Shown one piece after another: positions 19,013-27,870 of a DNA stretch of 64,000 nt (positions are counted from its first letter, which is position 1; every line of letters starts with the position of its first letter). The notes under the pieces are model-generated. The model searched no databases. It had not been told where the DNA came from and saw only the letters and a list, made by a program, of their open reading frames with translations. Position numbers and translations under genes: made by a program. This stretch comes from a bacterium (GTDB lineage Bacteria; DRYD01): positions 106,663 through 170,662 of the forward strand of contig JBCNVB010000018.1 in NCBI GenBank assembly GCA_039630415.1, read 5' to 3'.

Positions 19013-20250
19013 GATTGATTTTGTTCCTGAAGGTCTCGCTTCAGTTGTTGCTGGTGAATTATCCGAGCTACATTATCATCAAGTTGAAAAGCATTTTGTG
19101 GGTTAGTTTGTTGATTAGTAGGTTGCTGATATTGGGCAGGTTGCTGATATTGGGGTTGTTGTGGGAATTGTTGATATGGTTGGTAGGGCTGAGCAGGATA
19201 TGGTTGAGGTGGGTATGGAGGATAGTAATAAGGTTGAGCTTGTGGATTAGAACCCTGCATTTGGGGCTGTGGATAAGGTTGATATGGAGGATAGTATGGA
19301 TAGGGCATATGGTATGGAGGTGGAAAAGATGGATATGGTTGATTTTTTTGAGAAATTCTTCTATTATACTCATCCTCAGTTTCATAAATACCGCCTATAA
19401 TTCTTTGATACTCTTCGGTTTTTGCCCATTCTTCCAACTCCCTTACCCTATAGGGTATGAAAGGATGAGTCATATCTATCATTATCATATATTTATAGAG
19501 TGCTTGAAGGGAACTGAATTCGTCAAGTTGTTTTGCTTGTAATAGTACTTCCTCTATATTTATTTCTTCATCTTCGTATTTATGGCAATATCCTGCTAAT
19601 TTTGCTAGGGCTCTCTGAGCTACTGCTTTATCTTGTACAACTAAGAATCCCGCTCTGTCAGCTGAAAATTCTGCCATTCTACTCCAATGTAGTAATCCCA
19701 TTCTAAGAGCATTAGCCGCAAGTACAGCTACACCACCCATCACTTGTGATAAAAGATGTATTCCCATCTGACCTATGATTAAAGTAAGACTTTTATAAAG
19801 CATATGATCAAACTTCATATGTCCTAATTCATGTCCTATTACAAAAAGTAACTCCTCTTCTGTTAGTATGTCTGTTATCCCAGTAGTTACAATCATAATC
19901 TTTTTGTCCATACCGAATGCATATGCATTTGCTACAGATGAATTTTGTATGAAGAAATCCGGTTCATATGGAATATCTAGTATTTCCATAGCTTCTTTAA
20001 AAACTTTGTATAGTCTTGGGTATTGTCTTGGGGTTACTCTAAGTGCTTGACCCGTAAGAAGAACATATACGGCATCTTCACTACATATTCTATGCCATAT
20101 TTTTAATAACTGTGGTAAAAGGGGTATTTTTTTCAGGATATTAGTAGCATCTGCATCGAATTTATGTTGGATTGATTTTAGTGATATACCCGGGAATTTA
20201 AGTTTTCCACTTTCTGTTTTGGGTAGTGACTGAAAATGCAATCTTTTCAC
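19009..20250 (-). CDS. M48-family zinc metallopeptidase with a P/Q/Y-rich C-terminal tail
   Basis: HExxH in VIGHELGHMKFDH, and a downstream EFSADRAG. The C-terminal ~100 aa are PYPxxPPYQPYPQPQ-type low complexity. Confidence 0.75.
   Translation of the reverse strand: MKRLHFQSLPKTESGKLKFPGISLKSIQHKFDADATNILKKIPLLPQLLKIWHRICSEDAVYVLLTGQALRVTPRQYPRLYKVFKEAMEILDIPYEPDFFIQNSSVANAYAFGMDKKIMIVTTGITDILTEEELLFVIGHELGHMKFDHMLYKSLTLIIGQMGIHLLSQVMGGVAVLAANALRMGLLHWSRMAEFSADRAGFLVVQDKAVAQRALAKLAGYCHKYEDEEINIEEVLLQAKQLDEFSSLQALYKYMIMIDMTHPFIPYRVRELEEWAKTEEYQRIIGGIYETEDEYNRRISQKNQPYPSFPPPYHMPYPYYPPYQPYPQPQMQGSNPQAQPYYYPPYPPQPYPAQPYQPYQQFPQQPQYQQPAQYQQPTNQQTNPQNAFQLDDNVARIIHQQQLKRDLQEQNQS
19060..19350 (-). 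repeat. Low-complexity P/Q/Y-coding region (CCA/CAA/TAT-rich) at the 3' end of the M48 peptidase gene
   Basis: It encodes PYPSFPPPYHMPYPYYPPYQPYPQPQ...QPQYQQPAQYQQPTNQQTNPQ. This composition also produces spurious long ORFs in other frames and on the opposite strand. Confidence 0.8.
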
Positions 20251-21491
20251 CTCCTAATTAGAGATAATGACCTGTTTACTTTTTCTACAAAATATTCCAC
20301 TACATTCTGGGTATGTGAGTAGTTCAAATAGTTTGGTTCAAGGGGATTTGGTGAAAGCACTATTCCCTCAGATATCAAACTTTTATATAGGTCAATAAAG
20401 GACATTATATCCATGTTTCCTATTTCCTCATTTGATTCGATCTTCTTTTCCGAAAAGTATATACAGAACATGCTATTAGTGTAGTTTATCTTAAGTTCTG
20501 TTTGATCAATATGCTTAACTATGAAATCTATTTTAGATTTAAGTGTTTGATAGAAATCGGGTATTTTCTTGATTATGGATAGTACTTTGTATCCTGCAAA
20601 TACACATATAGGATGACCTGCAAAAACTCCACTATGAGACATATTTCCTACAGGTGCCATCACTTCCATATATTCCTTGCTTGATACCACAGCACCTATA
20701 GGGAATCCTCCACCTATTACCTTTCCAAGTACGGTTATATCCGGTTTTATTTCCCTACCTAGTCCATAAAAATCTTCTCTAAAGCAGGTAGATATTTCAT
20801 CAAATATTAGTAAACAGGAGTATTTTTTTGTAAGTTCTTTTAGTTTTGAGAGGAATTTGTAATCAGCCTTTATCAGTAAATTTGAGGTTTGGATTGGCTC
20901 TACTATTACTGCTGCTATCTCTTTTCCGTAGCTTGAGAAGAATTCTTCTAGAACTTCCACATCATTGTATGGTAAGCTTACAGTATCTTTAATCAGTCTT
21001 TTAGGTACCCCACTAGATGAAGCTATTTGACTTCCAAATTCCGATGATCCATTTTCTACAAGTAGATAATCTATACTTCCGTGATATCCTCCATCAAATT
21101 TTACAATTTTGGATCTACCAGTTATAGCTCTTGCTAATCTAAGAGCTATAGTGTTTGCTTCGGTTCCACTATTTACAAATCGGAGCATTTGGTGATAGGG
21201 ATATGCTTCAATTATCATTTCTGCTAGCAAGTATTCGTATTCATTGGAAAGTCCGCTATATATCCCTTCATTGAGTCTCTCTTTGAGTTCTTCTACTATT
21301 TCTGGGTAGGCATCTCCGAGTATTATTGATCCCCAAGCTGATATGAAGTTTATGTAGTTTCTTCCTTCTGTATCTGTTATGTATGGACCTATAGATTTTT
21401 TGACGTAGATTGGTTTAATGTCGATAAGAGGGAAGGCTCTGATAGGGGCGTTTACCCCTCCTACAAGATATTTTTTGGCTTTTTCGTACAT
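20247..21491 (-). CDS. hemL: Glutamate-1-semialdehyde 2,1-aminomutase
   Basis: MYEKAKKYLVGGVNAPIRAF, and the PLP lysine in VLGKVIGGGFPIGA. I moved the start to Met13 of the track ORF (21491), because the first 12 codons are the reverse complement of tRNA-Leu. Confidence 0.92.
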   Translation of the reverse strand: MYEKAKKYLVGGVNAPIRAFPLIDIKPIYVKKSIGPYITDTEGRNYINFISAWGSIILGDAYPEIVEELKERLNEGIYSGLSNEYEYLLAEMIIEAYPYHQMLRFVNSGTEANTIALRLARAITGRSKIVKFDGGYHGSIDYLLVENGSSEFGSQIASSSGVPKRLIKDTVSLPYNDVEVLEEFFSSYGKEIAAVIVEPIQTSNLLIKADYKFLSKLKELTKKYSCLLIFDEISTCFREDFYGLGREIKPDITVLGKVIGGGFPIGAVVSSKEYMEVMAPVGNMSHSGVFAGHPICVFAGYKVLSIIKKIPDFYQTLKSKIDFIVKHIDQTELKINYTNSMFCIYFSEKKIESNEEIGNMDIMSFIDLYKSLISEGIVLSPNPLEPNYLNYSHTQNVVEYFVEKVNRSLSLIRR

Positions 21492-21497
21492 TTTGGG

Positions 21498-21584
21498 TGG
21501 TGCGGGTGGTGGGACTCGAACCCACACGCCCTTACGGACACTACCCCCTCAAGATAGCGCGTCTGCCAGTTCCGCCACACCCGC
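21498..21584 (-). tRNA. tRNA-Leu (anticodon GAG), CCA encoded
   Basis: Hand-folded. Acceptor GCGGGTG/CACCCGC, anticodon arm CTATC-TTGAGGG-GGTAG, a long variable arm (TGTCCGTAAGGGCGT), T arm GTGGG-TTCGAGT-CCCAC, then ACCA. Confidence 0.9.
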
Positions 21585-21593
21585 TTGATCTAA

Positions 21594-21860
21594 CTAGCTA
21601 TTTAATGTTTTTACAATAAATTTTATAGCAGTTCTGACTTCTCCATTTATTTGTACTTCGGTAAAAGCTGGGATAGTTACCAGTTCATATCCCAGGGGGG
21701 CTACATATCCTCTTGCTATTGCTATTGCTTTTACTGCTTGATTTATTGCCCCTGCTCCTATTGCCTGTACTTCTGCCTTGTTACCTTGCTTTATTACCGC
21801 AGCCAAGGCAGCTGCAACAGATTGTGGTTTTGATTTTGATGATACTTTGAGTACCTCCAT
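21594..21860 (-). CDS. spoVS: SpoVS-family protein (stage V sporulation protein S homologue)
   Basis: The 88-aa MEVLKVSSKSKPQSVAAALAAVIKQ...IGAGAINQAVKAIAIARGYVAP...IPAFT matches my recollection of Bacillus SpoVS nearly end to end. AGGAGG RBS. Confidence 0.9.
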   Translation of the reverse strand: MEVLKVSSKSKPQSVAAALAAVIKQGNKAEVQAIGAGAINQAVKAIAIARGYVAPLGYELVTIPAFTEVQINGEVRTAIKFIVKTLNS

Positions 21861-21905
21861 TCTTTCTACCTCCTGTTGTCTTTATGTTTCTATTTATCGT
21901 ATGTA

Positions 21906-23981
21906 TTACAGAGTTCCCTTTAGTATTATATTCTCCTGTATATTTGGTGGTACCTCCTTGTAGGAATATAATTCCATACTGAAAGTAGCTCTTCCTTGTG
22001 TGATTGATCTTAAAGCAGTACTATACCCAAATATTTCTCTTAGAGGAACTAGACAGATAATCTTGTTAATTATTATGCTTCCTAAGGATTGATATATGGA
22101 TATTTCTTGAATTTCACCGTTTCTAGACTGTATATCATTTATTACGTTTCCGAGGTATTCTTCCGGGGTTACTATTTCTATTTTCATTAGAGGTTCTAAA
22201 AGTATAGGGTTTGCATTCTTAAGAGCTATTTTTATAGCCTCGTAAGCAGCTACTTTAAAAGCCAGAGTTGTAGAAAACTGCTCATCATGTTTAGCTCCAA
22301 TCACTCTTGCTTTTATACCAGTACATGGGAATCCAGCTAAAACTCCAAACATTAATGCTTCTTTTATACCTTCCTTGACAAAGCTAGAAAACTTTTCTGG
22401 AAGCTGATCAGTGTCTATGAATATCTTTATTCCACTTTCTATTGGTACTACTTCTACTTTTATGTATGCTGTTTGTAGCTTATTATTTACTTGCTTATAA
22501 AATTCGTATTCTGCCTGTGCTTTTCTAGATATACTTTCTCTGAACTCTACTTGAGGTTTACCAGAATATATTTTGACATTATAGTCTCTTTGTATTCTAT
22601 CTTTAATGATTTCTAAATGTAGTTCCCCCATTCCAGATATAATGATTTGACCAGTTTCTTCATTTATCTTGTATTTGAATGTTGGATCCTCCTCAGAGAT
22701 TCTTTCTAGGGCTTTAAAAAGTTTCTCTTCATCCGCTCTAGAGCTTGTTTCTATAGCCATAAATATGACCGGTTCAGGTATGTGTATACTCTCCAATGTG
22801 ATTCTTTCTTTATCACTTTTTAATAGTGTGTCGCCTGTTGATGTTTTCTTAAAGCCTAGAATTGCTCCAATTTCACCAGCGGATAATCTTTTAACCTCTT
22901 CCATATAGTTTGCGTGTAGCTTTATTATTCTATTTGCTCTTTCCTTGATATTTTTAGTACTATTGTAAAGAAGGTCATTTTCTTCTATAGTTCCCGAGTA
23001 TATTCTTACAAATGAGACTTTTCCAACCGAAGGGAAATATGAAACTTTAAAACATAGAGCGATTAGATTATCCGAATTGTTGCTTAATGTATCTATTGTA
23101 ATTTCTTTTTCTTGTTCGTTAACAGTTACAAAAGCTTTTTGTGTTTTTCTTTCTAAAGGAGAAGGTAGGAAGTAAATTACAGCATCTAGCAGAGGTTGGA
23201 TTCCCATATTTTTGATAGCACTACCACATAAAACTGGGCAACCTAGGTTATTTAAGGTTATCCTTCTTAAAGCCTGGTATACGTCCTCATTCGAATATTC
23301 AGAGTTTAGATATTTATCCATAAATATCTCATCAAGTGAAGCTATTTCCTCAAGCATGAATTGTCTTTTTGGGGAATATGTAGATGTTTCCTCTAGTGGA
23401 TAGTAATCATAAATTGATCCATCTTCACTTTGCCATTTTATAATTTTCATTTGTATCAGATCTACTACTCCTTCAAACTGGTCTTCCTTTCCATAGGGTT
23501 CTTGTATTGGTATTGGGTTTGTTAGTAGCCTTTCCTTTATAGAAGAAAGGCACATATCAAAATTGGCTCCTACTTTGTCCATTTTGTTTACAAAGAATAT
23601 GATGGGGACTTTATATTTTAGAGCCTGTCTGTATACGGTTTCCGTTTGTGGTTGGACTCCCGCAGAAGCATCTAAAATTATTATTATACCATCAAGAACC
23701 CTTATTGACCTTTCGACTTCTATAGTAAAATCAACGTGTCCTGGTGTATCTATGAGATTGAAATCATAATCTTTCCATTTGAAGAAAGTAGCTGCACTTT
23801 GGATAGTTATACCATGTTCTTTTTCTTGAACCATATAATCCATTGTTGCTGTACCCTCGTCTACACTTCCTATCCTGTATATTTTACCAGTGTAGTATAG
23901 TATTCTTTCAGTAGTTGTTGTTTTACCGGCATCTATATGAGCAACTATTCCTATGTTTCTTATTTTCTCAAGTGCATTCAT
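21906..23981 (-). CDS. fusA: Elongation factor G family GTPase (divergent, EF-G2-like paralogue)
   Basis: 691 aa. G1 AHIDAGKTT, G3 DTPGHVDF and G4 NKMD, with domains II-V present. It is not in an rpsL-rpsG-fusA-tuf context, and it carries the variants GSVDEGTATMD and GITIQSAAT. Confidence 0.85.
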   Translation of the reverse strand: MNALEKIRNIGIVAHIDAGKTTTTERILYYTGKIYRIGSVDEGTATMDYMVQEKEHGITIQSAATFFKWKDYDFNLIDTPGHVDFTIEVERSIRVLDGIIIILDASAGVQPQTETVYRQALKYKVPIIFFVNKMDKVGANFDMCLSSIKERLLTNPIPIQEPYGKEDQFEGVVDLIQMKIIKWQSEDGSIYDYYPLEETSTYSPKRQFMLEEIASLDEIFMDKYLNSEYSNEDVYQALRRITLNNLGCPVLCGSAIKNMGIQPLLDAVIYFLPSPLERKTQKAFVTVNEQEKEITIDTLSNNSDNLIALCFKVSYFPSVGKVSFVRIYSGTIEENDLLYNSTKNIKERANRIIKLHANYMEEVKRLSAGEIGAILGFKKTSTGDTLLKSDKERITLESIHIPEPVIFMAIETSSRADEEKLFKALERISEEDPTFKYKINEETGQIIISGMGELHLEIIKDRIQRDYNVKIYSGKPQVEFRESISRKAQAEYEFYKQVNNKLQTAYIKVEVVPIESGIKIFIDTDQLPEKFSSFVKEGIKEALMFGVLAGFPCTGIKARVIGAKHDEQFSTTLAFKVAAYEAIKIALKNANPILLEPLMKIEIVTPEEYLGNVINDIQSRNGEIQEISIYQSLGSIIINKIICLVPLREIFGYSTALRSITQGRATFSMELYSYKEVPPNIQENIILKGTL

Positions 23982-23982
23982 A

Positions 23983-25143
23983 TTACTTTACATCTTGCAG
24001 TATATCCTTTGTATTTAGTATTTTAGTTTCTAGGCTTTTTATGTCTGACTGTTTAGTATCGTTGTATTTTGACTTAATCTGGTAGATATAATCTTGCACT
24101 ATTTTTCTTAGTTCTGGATTAGTTAAGTTTATCGCTTTACTGAAGTATAGTTCCGCTAGAGTATAATTTGACAAAATCCAGAGTTTTTTACCTAGTTCCA
24201 GGTGTATGTAAGGTATCTTATCAACAATCATATGTATTTCAGGTCTATATAGGCCTATTTTAGCTAGTATCAACTTATAATCTTGGAAAGTTATATCAGT
24301 TCTATCAACTAAAAACATCATTAATTTTGCAAGCTCATTTGAGCTGAGTCCCCAAGCAAATCTAACAACCTCTTGTATTACAGTTTGATGATCCTGATAG
24401 TTCTTGCTAATTAGGTAGTACATTGATAATTCATTGAAAGATAATGGTTGTTTGTTTTTCTTTCTGTAATCTATCATCTCCTGTAGCTCTTTCCTGGCTT
24501 TACCTAGATTTCCTTGCAAATAGTACGTATTACAAAGTAAGTATTTTATTTGCATATTTTGAGAGTATATTGTTTTTAAGTTGGATAAGATTTTGAATGA
24601 CTGATCGAATTTTTGATTGGTATTGTATATTTCTACCAAAGAGGATACAATTTCAAAGAATTCTGGATTTGATGGTTTGGTAGAGCTATATAGTAGTATT
24701 AGGTATTTTAGGATTTGTTCTTCAGATTCATTTTGAGTGTATGAAAGATCAAGTAACATTTTTATTATATCTCTATGCTTTGCAATTTCCTGGGGTTTAA
24801 TAAGGTTAAAAGCTTGTTTGAGATAAGCATACTGCAAAGATGAATTTTTATTCCTGTATATTTCTGAAAGTGCTTTATAGACCTCAACAGAAGGTCCTTC
24901 TTTTTTGAGTTTGTCAAGTAAATACTTTTTTGTCTGATTGAATATTCTATCTTCCTGATTTTCATTTATAAGAAAAAACAATATTGAGGACGAAATAAAA
25001 ACAAGTAGTACTATTGATACAATGACAGTTTTTAGGGGATTTGACTTTGTTTGCTTAGAACTAATGGATACTGACCCATTTGTTTCATTTTGTTCATTTA
25101 TTTGATTCTGTTTGGTTTTTTTTTGTTTTTTCTTCTTTTTCAT
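23983..25143 (-). CDS. Hypothetical membrane-anchored helical-repeat (TPR-like) protein
   Basis: I chose the start at Met49 of the track ORF (MKKKKKQKK...), which removes the overlap with the divergent gene at 25217. The protein has a Lys-rich N-terminus, one TM helix (VIVSIVLLVFISSSILFFLI), then alpha-helical repeats. Confidence 0.5.
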   Translation of the reverse strand: MKKKKKQKKTKQNQINEQNETNGSVSISSKQTKSNPLKTVIVSIVLLVFISSSILFFLINENQEDRIFNQTKKYLLDKLKKEGPSVEVYKALSEIYRNKNSSLQYAYLKQAFNLIKPQEIAKHRDIIKMLLDLSYTQNESEEQILKYLILLYSSTKPSNPEFFEIVSSLVEIYNTNQKFDQSFKILSNLKTIYSQNMQIKYLLCNTYYLQGNLGKARKELQEMIDYRKKNKQPLSFNELSMYYLISKNYQDHQTVIQEVVRFAWGLSSNELAKLMMFLVDRTDITFQDYKLILAKIGLYRPEIHMIVDKIPYIHLELGKKLWILSNYTLAELYFSKAINLTNPELRKIVQDYIYQIKSKYNDTKQSDIKSLETKILNTKDILQDVK

Positions 25144-25216
25144 ATTTATATTTTTTGATATAGCTTTAGATGATTCCTTTAGGAGGAGTATTGGGTAAAA
25201 AGTAGAAAAATAAGGT

Positions 25217-25729
25217 ATGGAACAAAACGGTATAGATCCAAAAATAGAAAAACTTTCGCAAGAAATAGAAAATTCCATACTGTCCATTCAGAACCTTATC
25301 AAACAAAATAACCCCGATTTACTTTCAAAACAACTGGTAACCTTAACAGATTTGATTCTCGAATACTTATTAGCACTAGATTATGAGATTAAGAGTCAAA
25401 ATGTAGAAGATAAAAAATTCCTTGAGTTTAAAGAAAGAGTAAATTATAATATTCAAAGGATATCAGAGTATCTAAAAACTCAAGATGAAAAATTATTACA
25501 AGAAGTTGAAAACACACTAATAGCCTTATACAATGATCTATATGAAGAGGATGCAGAAGAAATAAATGAACGGAAAGACGAAGAAGAAAAAAAGTTTATG
25601 CAAATTCTAAATGAAATACATGAGTTATCTACTAAAGTTTATTCTTATTACAACAAAAAAGGGGTTACCAAAGAAGAGATTGTTCAGCTAGCCAAAAATA
25701 TCGCATCTAATATTGAAGCCCTTCCATAA
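25217..25729 (+). CDS. Hypothetical acidic, predicted all-helical protein (170 aa)
   Basis: ORF track. It is E/K/L-rich and heptad-like. Its stop overlaps the next start (ATAATG at 25729). Confidence 0.5.
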   Translation: MEQNGIDPKIEKLSQEIENSILSIQNLIKQNNPDLLSKQLVTLTDLILEYLLALDYEIKSQNVEDKKFLEFKERVNYNIQRISEYLKTQDEKLLQEVENTLIALYNDLYEEDAEEINERKDEEEKKFMQILNEIHELSTKVYSYYNKKGVTKEEIVQLAKNIASNIEALP

Positions 25730-26655
25730 TGATAAAAACCCTCCCCCTAAAAGTCTTTTCACTAAATAGAAGTCCTGACAATATCAACTACCAACTGTTT
25801 GAATTCTTTCTACTTTTAGAAAATTTATGTAAATATAAATATAGCGGATATATGGAAATAAAAGGTAATAAGTATAGCTTCGTGATTCTCATTGATGAAG
25901 GAATACCAGTAAGTTACGTGGATATAACCAATAATCCAATGGAAATATCTCCAATCATATTCAAGTATAGAGTAGAAGAAGAATTAAATGTTAAAACCTA
26001 CATAATGCCAGTAGGATACAGCAGCATATTAAGAGGCTACTATTTATTTGAAAATCAGGTTATGAACTATAATATTAATAACTACAGGGATTGGGAATCA
26101 TTGATCTTGAGATTATCTAAAAAAAATACCACCGGAATAATTCAACTAGACCTTATGAATAACACTTACTATTTACTTATGAAAGCTGGTAATCTGTTTT
26201 TAAGACCCGATATGATAAATAATCAAAGTTTAATTGTATGCTCCTACTATTTTACAGAGTTAATTACAGAAAAACTCAAAAACAATGCAAGAGGTATGGT
26301 AAGTGTTTTTGGCATAGATAACAAAGAACTGGATGAAAAAATGAGAGAGAATGATGTAAAACATTCGTTGGTAAAAGAATTAGAAGTAAAGGAAATGAAA
26401 GGAGTTGCTTTTGGAGGAGCAAGTATTAGCATTAGCCAAGAAATAATAGACTTCTGGATATCATCCCTTCAAACTACTCAATTCTTTCTTAAAATAGAAG
26501 GATTAGAAGAAAGAATAAACGTAGCTATCAAGAGAGATCCAAAGTTATCCCCAGATGTTATAGTACTTCCCTCAAGCGTTATGCAAAAAATAAAAATTAG
26601 AGATAGAAGGATAATGAATGGAGAAAAAATTGCTGTTTATCCTGAACTTCTCTAA
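25729..26655 (+). CDS. Hypothetical protein (308 aa), possibly two DUF4388-like modules plus a C-terminal beta-barrel-like domain
   Basis: ORF track. A repeated pattern (LFEFFLLLENLCKYKYSGYMEIKGNKYSFVILIDEG and WESLILRLSKKNTTGIIQLDLMNNTYYLLMKAGN) resembles DUF4388, from memory only. Confidence 0.45.
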   Translation: MIKTLPLKVFSLNRSPDNINYQLFEFFLLLENLCKYKYSGYMEIKGNKYSFVILIDEGIPVSYVDITNNPMEISPIIFKYRVEEELNVKTYIMPVGYSSILRGYYLFENQVMNYNINNYRDWESLILRLSKKNTTGIIQLDLMNNTYYLLMKAGNLFLRPDMINNQSLIVCSYYFTELITEKLKNNARGMVSVFGIDNKELDEKMRENDVKHSLVKELEVKEMKGVAFGGASISISQEIIDFWISSLQTTQFFLKIEGLEERINVAIKRDPKLSPDVIVLPSSVMQKIKIRDRRIMNGEKIAVYPELL

Positions 26656-27763
26656 GCTAATTCTACTAATATCTACTTTCCTGGTATCTCTTCCACTTAT
26701 CTCCTACTCTACTAACCTTAACTATATGCTATCACAACTAGAAAATTATTATACAAGTAACCAAACAATTAACTTTAGAATAACCCTAGACCAAATAACT
26801 CAGATAGCCATAAGCACCAAACAACAAGAAATAGTCATCAACTTTATTAAAAACAATCTTACTCAGTACACCAATCCAATAATAAACGAGCAAATAGCCG
26901 ATGCCTTGTTTAACCTTGGAGATACTAATCTATCAAAAGCAAAGTATCACGAGTGCATCAAATACTTAAATCCTTCAAGTAAAGCTTCTCTATCCTTTAT
27001 CTCCAGAATATATCAAAAAATATCCCACATTAGCCTACTGCATGGAGATATACAAAACTATCTATTCTATTTGACTCAATCTTACAATTATCAACCAGAT
27101 CCTGACGAAAAATCAACCATAAAAATAGAAATAATAAAGCATAAAATAAACTACCTAACAATAAGTCAAGATGAAGTAAAAGCAGAAATTAGTCAAATTC
27201 TTCAAATTCCTCTAAGTAACTACGAAAAACTTTATAACAACCTGGTAGAAATATATGATTCAGTAGGCATGAAACAAGAATCTATATACATACTACAAAA
27301 TATCCTACCTAAATATCAATCTCTCGAATCTTTTATAACAAGATATAACTATTCTCAAAATAAGCAGGAGCAAAAATCAATCTTAGAGCAGATGATTAAA
27401 CTATATCCTAAAGCAGATCCATATTACATGGAAAAATTAGCGGATATATATTTAGAAGAAGGAGAAAATCAATATGCCAAAGAGTTATATCATAAAGTCA
27501 TATTCAGAATACCAACTAAACATCAAGTACTGTACAAACTCGCTCGAATATATCAAAATGAGAATAATCTATATCTAGCAGAGAGATATATACTTTTAGC
27601 GATAAAACAAACCAATTCACCAGAATATCTAGAATTAGCCGGTGATATGTTTAAAAAAGTAGATAAAAATAAAGCTAAACAATACTATTCCAAGGCTTAC
27701 GATCTATACCAAGATATGGATTCAAAAATTAGAATTAGAAGTAAAATTTCAGAACTGGAATAG
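26618..27763 (+). CDS. Secreted/periplasmic TPR-repeat protein
   Basis: N-terminal signal-like sequence MEKKLLFILNFSKLILLISTFLVSLPLISYS, with TPR-like repeats toward the C-terminus (AKELYHKVIF..., LAERYILLAIK..., AKQYYSKAYDLY). Confidence 0.6.
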   Translation: MEKKLLFILNFSKLILLISTFLVSLPLISYSTNLNYMLSQLENYYTSNQTINFRITLDQITQIAISTKQQEIVINFIKNNLTQYTNPIINEQIADALFNLGDTNLSKAKYHECIKYLNPSSKASLSFISRIYQKISHISLLHGDIQNYLFYLTQSYNYQPDPDEKSTIKIEIIKHKINYLTISQDEVKAEISQILQIPLSNYEKLYNNLVEIYDSVGMKQESIYILQNILPKYQSLESFITRYNYSQNKQEQKSILEQMIKLYPKADPYYMEKLADIYLEEGENQYAKELYHKVIFRIPTKHQVLYKLARIYQNENNLYLAERYILLAIKQTNSPEYLELAGDMFKKVDKNKAKQYYSKAYDLYQDMDSKIRIRSKISELE

Positions 27764-27870
27764 AATAATATTTCAACATTTCCATAGGAGGAAGTTAACA
27801 TATTTCTTCAATAAACATTAATTGGAAAGAGTACTTGCATACCCTAAAAACTATTTGGAGGTAGAGAAAA

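Noticed and set aside
19015-19542. 175-aa plus-strand ORF, and the 105-aa alternative-frame ORF at 19068-19385
   Set aside because: Both are by-products of the CCA/CAA/TAT low-complexity region of the M48 gene. The antisense reads as L/W/I-rich repeats. There is no RBS and no independent support.
21492-21527. N-terminal extension of the hemL ORF (MWVRVPPPAPPK) in the ORF track
   Set aside because: These codons are the reverse complement of the tRNA-Leu acceptor/T arm. The HemL homology begins at the internal Met (MYEKAKKYLVGGVNAPIRAF), so the start was moved to 21491.
21594-21860. SpoVS as evidence that the organism is a spore former
   Set aside because: SpoVS homologues occur widely in non-sporulating lineages, and no other sporulation genes are in the window. 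I treat it only as a small conserved DNA/RNA-associated protein of unknown role.
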